The notes beneath the pieces are model-generated. The model did not search any database and had not been told where the DNA came from. It worked only from the letters and a program-made list of their open reading frames with translations. Made by a program: the position numbers and the translations under genes. A DNA stretch of 63,962 nucleotides, the filler included. It is 6 parts of 6 records of this genome, joined end to end, with 100 filler letters (N's around TTAATTAATTAA, not from the genome) between each part and the next. Parts side by side here need not be neighbours in the genome. Positions count along the whole stretch, not along the records: positions 58,859 to 63,962 come from DRR723986_6392; 5 more parts are not named here. One strand, 5' to 3'. Shown here piece after piece: positions 61,132-63,962 of this stretch; position 1 is the first letter of the stretch; every line of letters begins with the position of its first letter.

Positions 61132-61818
61132 ATGCCCTCGCAACCTCTCGCAAATACTGGTCCCAGAGCCAGGCTATTGCGCCAACTGGATGATTCAGCG
61201 ACAACGCTGGATGGCAGCCAGTTGCCCTGCTTTGCAGAGCGACTGAGCCGGCTGTTCGGCCTGGGCGACACCATGACCCTGGATGCGGCCATTGGTTATC
61301 GGGCGAAACAGCCAGGCACGCCTCAGGGCGCCGTGGTAGACCGGTTAACCGAGGAGCTGGCGACGATACGCAGGGCACTGGTTCAGCGTATTCGCGGGTT
61401 TGGCTCAGATCTGGAGTTTGATGGTGAACCCGAGCTTGAAGCCGCTCTCAATGCCTGGCTCGCACTCCAACGCAAAGTGGCGGCCAACAGCCGTCAGTTG
61501 CGGGACAAGGTTCGAAAATCGATGAAAGATCAGGGCCCGAAACTGGCCCACCTGGCCGAATTGGACGCCGTGTTTGATCAAACGATGGCCGGGTATACCG
61601 CACAGTGTTTTTCCCATATTCCCAAGGTACTTGAACAACGATTCGAGCACCGATCGACCACCCCGGAGCAAAGCCCTACCCCGGCCACAACGGCCGACTG
61701 GTTCCACCGTTACTGCGAGGAAGCGCAGTCTTTGTTACTCGCTGAACTGGATGTTCGGCTGGAACCGGTTCTGGGTTTGCTGGAGGCTTGCCACAAAGAG
61801 GTTAACAACACCCCATGA
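61132..61818 (+). CDS. zorF: DUF3348-like protein, Zorya type III ZorF-like
   Basis: FAERLS..FG..D...L, LA.LDAV and LLAELDVRLEPV.GLLEA motifs; ATGA-coupled to the ZorA-like gene; start uncertain (61090-61132). Confidence 0.72.
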   Translation: MPSQPLANTGPRARLLRQLDDSATTLDGSQLPCFAERLSRLFGLGDTMTLDAAIGYRAKQPGTPQGAVVDRLTEELATIRRALVQRIRGFGSDLEFDGEPELEAALNAWLALQRKVAANSRQLRDKVRKSMKDQGPKLAHLAELDAVFDQTMAGYTAQCFSHIPKVLEQRFEHRSTTPEQSPTPATTADWFHRYCEEAQSLLLAELDVRLEPVLGLLEACHKEVNNTP

Positions 61819-63887
61819 GTAAACTGTTCTTTACCCTGGCGTTTGCCATCGGCCTGGCCGTGGTAGCCTGGATTGGTGCCGGATTTGTCGGTTCCGACCT
61901 GCTGGCGCTGGCGTTTACCGGGCTGATTGGCGCCGTTTACTGTCTCGGCTTTGGCGAACTGGTGAATTTCCGCCGACAGACCCGCGAACTGAACGCACAG
62001 GTTCATCAGCTACCTGAAAGCCAGGAGCAGGTTAACCACTGGCTTGGCACACTGCCCGCCCCGATGCAGTTCCCGGTGCAACGGCGAATCGAGGGCCATG
62101 CCGCCGCATTACCCGGCCCGCAACTGACACCCTACCTGACCGGCCTGCTGGTGATGCTGGGCCTGCTGGGCACCTTTGCGGGCATGATTGTGACCCTTGG
62201 CGGCGCCGCCTCGGCCCTGGATAACAGCACCGAACTGAGCGCTATTCGCAGCGCACTGGCCGCTCCGATTGCCGGTTTGAGTCTCGCCTTCGGCACCTCC
62301 ATTGCCGGCGTGGCCGCCTCCGCCATGCTGGGGCTGGCCTCCACCCTGAGCCGCCGGGACCGGTTGCAGGCGTCCCGCGCCCTGGATAGTGCGCTGCGAG
62401 ACAAGCTGCATCATCTATCTACAGATCATCAACGCCACCAGGCGTTTCAGGCACTGGAAAGCCAGGCCAAAGCCCTGCCCGAAATGGCCTCGGCCATGGA
62501 ACGCATGACGGCGCGCATGGAGCAACTTGGCCAGCAACTGGAACAGTCCCTGACTCACAACCAGCAGGAATTCCACAGCACGGTCGGCCGCCACTATCAG
62601 ACCCTGGCCGACTCCGTAGCCAACTCCCTGACAACGGCATTGGACAACACTGCAAAGCAGGCGTCAGAGCGGATTGAGCCCATAGTTGTCCAGGCCCTGG
62701 AGCAACTTCAGAAGGATGCTCACGGCCTGCAACAAAGCTGGGCAGATAATGCCCGTGAACAACTCACGGAATTGATCTCCGGGTTTCAGGCAGTTACCAC
62801 GGAGGCGGGCGAACGCTGGCAGCAGAATCTGATTGCACAACAGGCCCAGAACCAGGAGACGGTGGCGACCCTCTCAGAGCAGAACGAACAAAGTCAAAGC
62901 CAGTTGCAGGAACAACTCCACACCTGGCTTGGCGCCATCAACGACCAGCACCAAACCTGGCTCAAGGAACAACAGCAACAACTGGTACAGAGCTGTGAAC
63001 GCCTGAACAATGCCGGAGCTGAGATGTCGCAACACTGGCAGGCCGGTCTGGCCCGACAGCAGGCTCAAAGTGACGACATGCTGGCAGCATTCAATGAGGT
63101 GCTGACTCAATACCAAAGCCATTTCCAGACCAGCAGCACCGGGTTGATTGAGCAGCAACAGGCCGGGCTGGCGGAACTGATCAGCACCGTTGGTGCTCAG
63201 CTCGATCAACTCCGGGAACAGGAAAGCGAACGAGCCCGGACTGCAAACGAGCGAATGGAACAACTGGAAGCCACAGCAGCACGCCACCTGAGTGAGCTGG
63301 GCACTGCACTGGAAGCACCCATGGCCCGCCTGATTGAGACGGCCTCGGAAACACCGAAGGCCGCCGCCGAGGTGATCCGACAGCTGCAGTCGGAAATCGC
63401 CCGCAACAGCGAGCGGGAAAACGAGCTGCTGGAGGAACGCCAGCGACTGGTCCAGGAACTGGACACTCTGCTGGAGAACCAGCGCAGCACCGCTGACGGT
63501 CAGCGGGAGGCGGTGGATACCCTGATCCGCGGCGCCGGCGAAACCCTGACCGGCATCAGCGAGCGCTTCAACACCTTGATCCAGGAACAGACCCAGCAAC
63601 TGGGCAAACTGGGCGACGACATTACCGGCAGCAGTCAGGAAGTGGGCGCCCTGAGCGATGCCTTCGCGCAGGCCATTGAGCTGTTCAGCCAGTCCAACCA
63701 GCAGGTCATCGGCAGCCTGGCGGATATCCAGAAAGCGCTGGATAAGGCCGGCAATCGGCACGATGAGCAACTGGCCTACTACGTCGCCCAGGCCCGCGAG
63801 GTGATTGATCTCAGCGTCAGTGCCCAGAAAGATGTGATTGATGCCGCTGCGGCGCTTCTCCGGGCAGAATCCAGCGAGGCCGGGTGA
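61815..63887 (+). CDS. zorA: ZorA-like (DUF802-type) MotA/TolQ-family membrane protein with long helical tail
   Basis: N-terminal TMs; LVMLGLLGTFAG and GLSLAFGTSIAG channel helices; about 490-aa Q/E/L-rich heptad tail. Confidence 0.8.
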   Translation: MSKLFFTLAFAIGLAVVAWIGAGFVGSDLLALAFTGLIGAVYCLGFGELVNFRRQTRELNAQVHQLPESQEQVNHWLGTLPAPMQFPVQRRIEGHAAALPGPQLTPYLTGLLVMLGLLGTFAGMIVTLGGAASALDNSTELSAIRSALAAPIAGLSLAFGTSIAGVAASAMLGLASTLSRRDRLQASRALDSALRDKLHHLSTDHQRHQAFQALESQAKALPEMASAMERMTARMEQLGQQLEQSLTHNQQEFHSTVGRHYQTLADSVANSLTTALDNTAKQASERIEPIVVQALEQLQKDAHGLQQSWADNAREQLTELISGFQAVTTEAGERWQQNLIAQQAQNQETVATLSEQNEQSQSQLQEQLHTWLGAINDQHQTWLKEQQQQLVQSCERLNNAGAEMSQHWQAGLARQQAQSDDMLAAFNEVLTQYQSHFQTSSTGLIEQQQAGLAELISTVGAQLDQLREQESERARTANERMEQLEATAARHLSELGTALEAPMARLIETASETPKAAAEVIRQLQSEIARNSERENELLEERQRLVQELDTLLENQRSTADGQREAVDTLIRGAGETLTGISERFNTLIQEQTQQLGKLGDDITGSSQEVGALSDAFAQAIELFSQSNQQVIGSLADIQKALDKAGNRHDEQLAYYVAQAREVIDLSVSAQKDVIDAAAALLRAESSEAG

Positions 63888-63962
63888 TGGAACAGCTGGA
63901 AGGCGGCGAACAGCAATCGGCACCGGTCTGGGCCATATTCTCGGACCTGATGGCGGCGCTGG
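63887..63962 (+). CDS. zorB: ZorB/MotB-like protein, N-terminus (runs off window end)
   Basis: TGATG overlap with zorA; MEQLEGGEQQSAPVWAIFSDLMAAL contains the MotB W..FSDLM helix with the conserved Asp. Confidence 0.75.
   Translation, partial: MEQLEGGEQQSAPVWAIFSDLMAAL

Noticed and set aside
61815-63887. Methyl-accepting chemotaxis protein or flagellar MotA
   Set aside because: No MCP signalling hairpin motif; the tail is far longer than MotA; no chemotaxis or flagellar context; coupled DUF3348-like and MotB-like genes fit Zorya.

Overview
This window is not one locus. It is six contigs joined by identical 100-bp linkers (44 N + TTAATTAATTAA + 44 N), probably from several organisms, so adjacency across linkers has no meaning. 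Contig 1 (1-19605, Rhodobacteraceae-like) carries a homogentisate operon (hmgA-fahA-MBL hydrolase-flavin monooxygenase, divergent MarR), a split MnmC, aroC, deoC plus an ALDH16-type dehydrogenase, an M16 peptidase pair, lspA and purH. Contig 2 (19706-26532, visibly more GC-rich) carries a DEAD-box helicase with a repetitive tail, a shikimate dehydrogenase, an AGE epimerase and oxyR-katG with an OxyR box. Contig 3 (26633-41961) is a 16-gene uncharacterised catabolic island: two amidases, an Atz/Trz-type amidohydrolase, a PuuE/PgdA-like deacetylase, DUF1989, SDR, VOC, two SnoaL/NTF2-like proteins, AzoR, a HAAT ABC importer, HxlR and a secreted small protein. Three of its promoter regions share a CTGA-N7-TCAG palindrome, and it is the best candidate for an undescribed system. 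Contig 4 (42062-52671) carries gabD and a sulfonate/taurine module xsc-pta-citrate synthase-soeABC in which pta is inverted. Contig 5 (52772-58758) is a hydantoinase/oxoprolinase A/B-SDR-flavin oxidase-uronate-dehydrogenase-like operon resembling opine-lactam catabolism. Contig 6 (58859-63962, gammaproteobacterial-like) carries an MFS transporter and the first three genes of a Zorya type III-like anti-phage locus, cut by the window end. No rRNA, tRNA, CRISPR array or transposase was recognised. All family assignments come from motif recognition by eye, not database searches.
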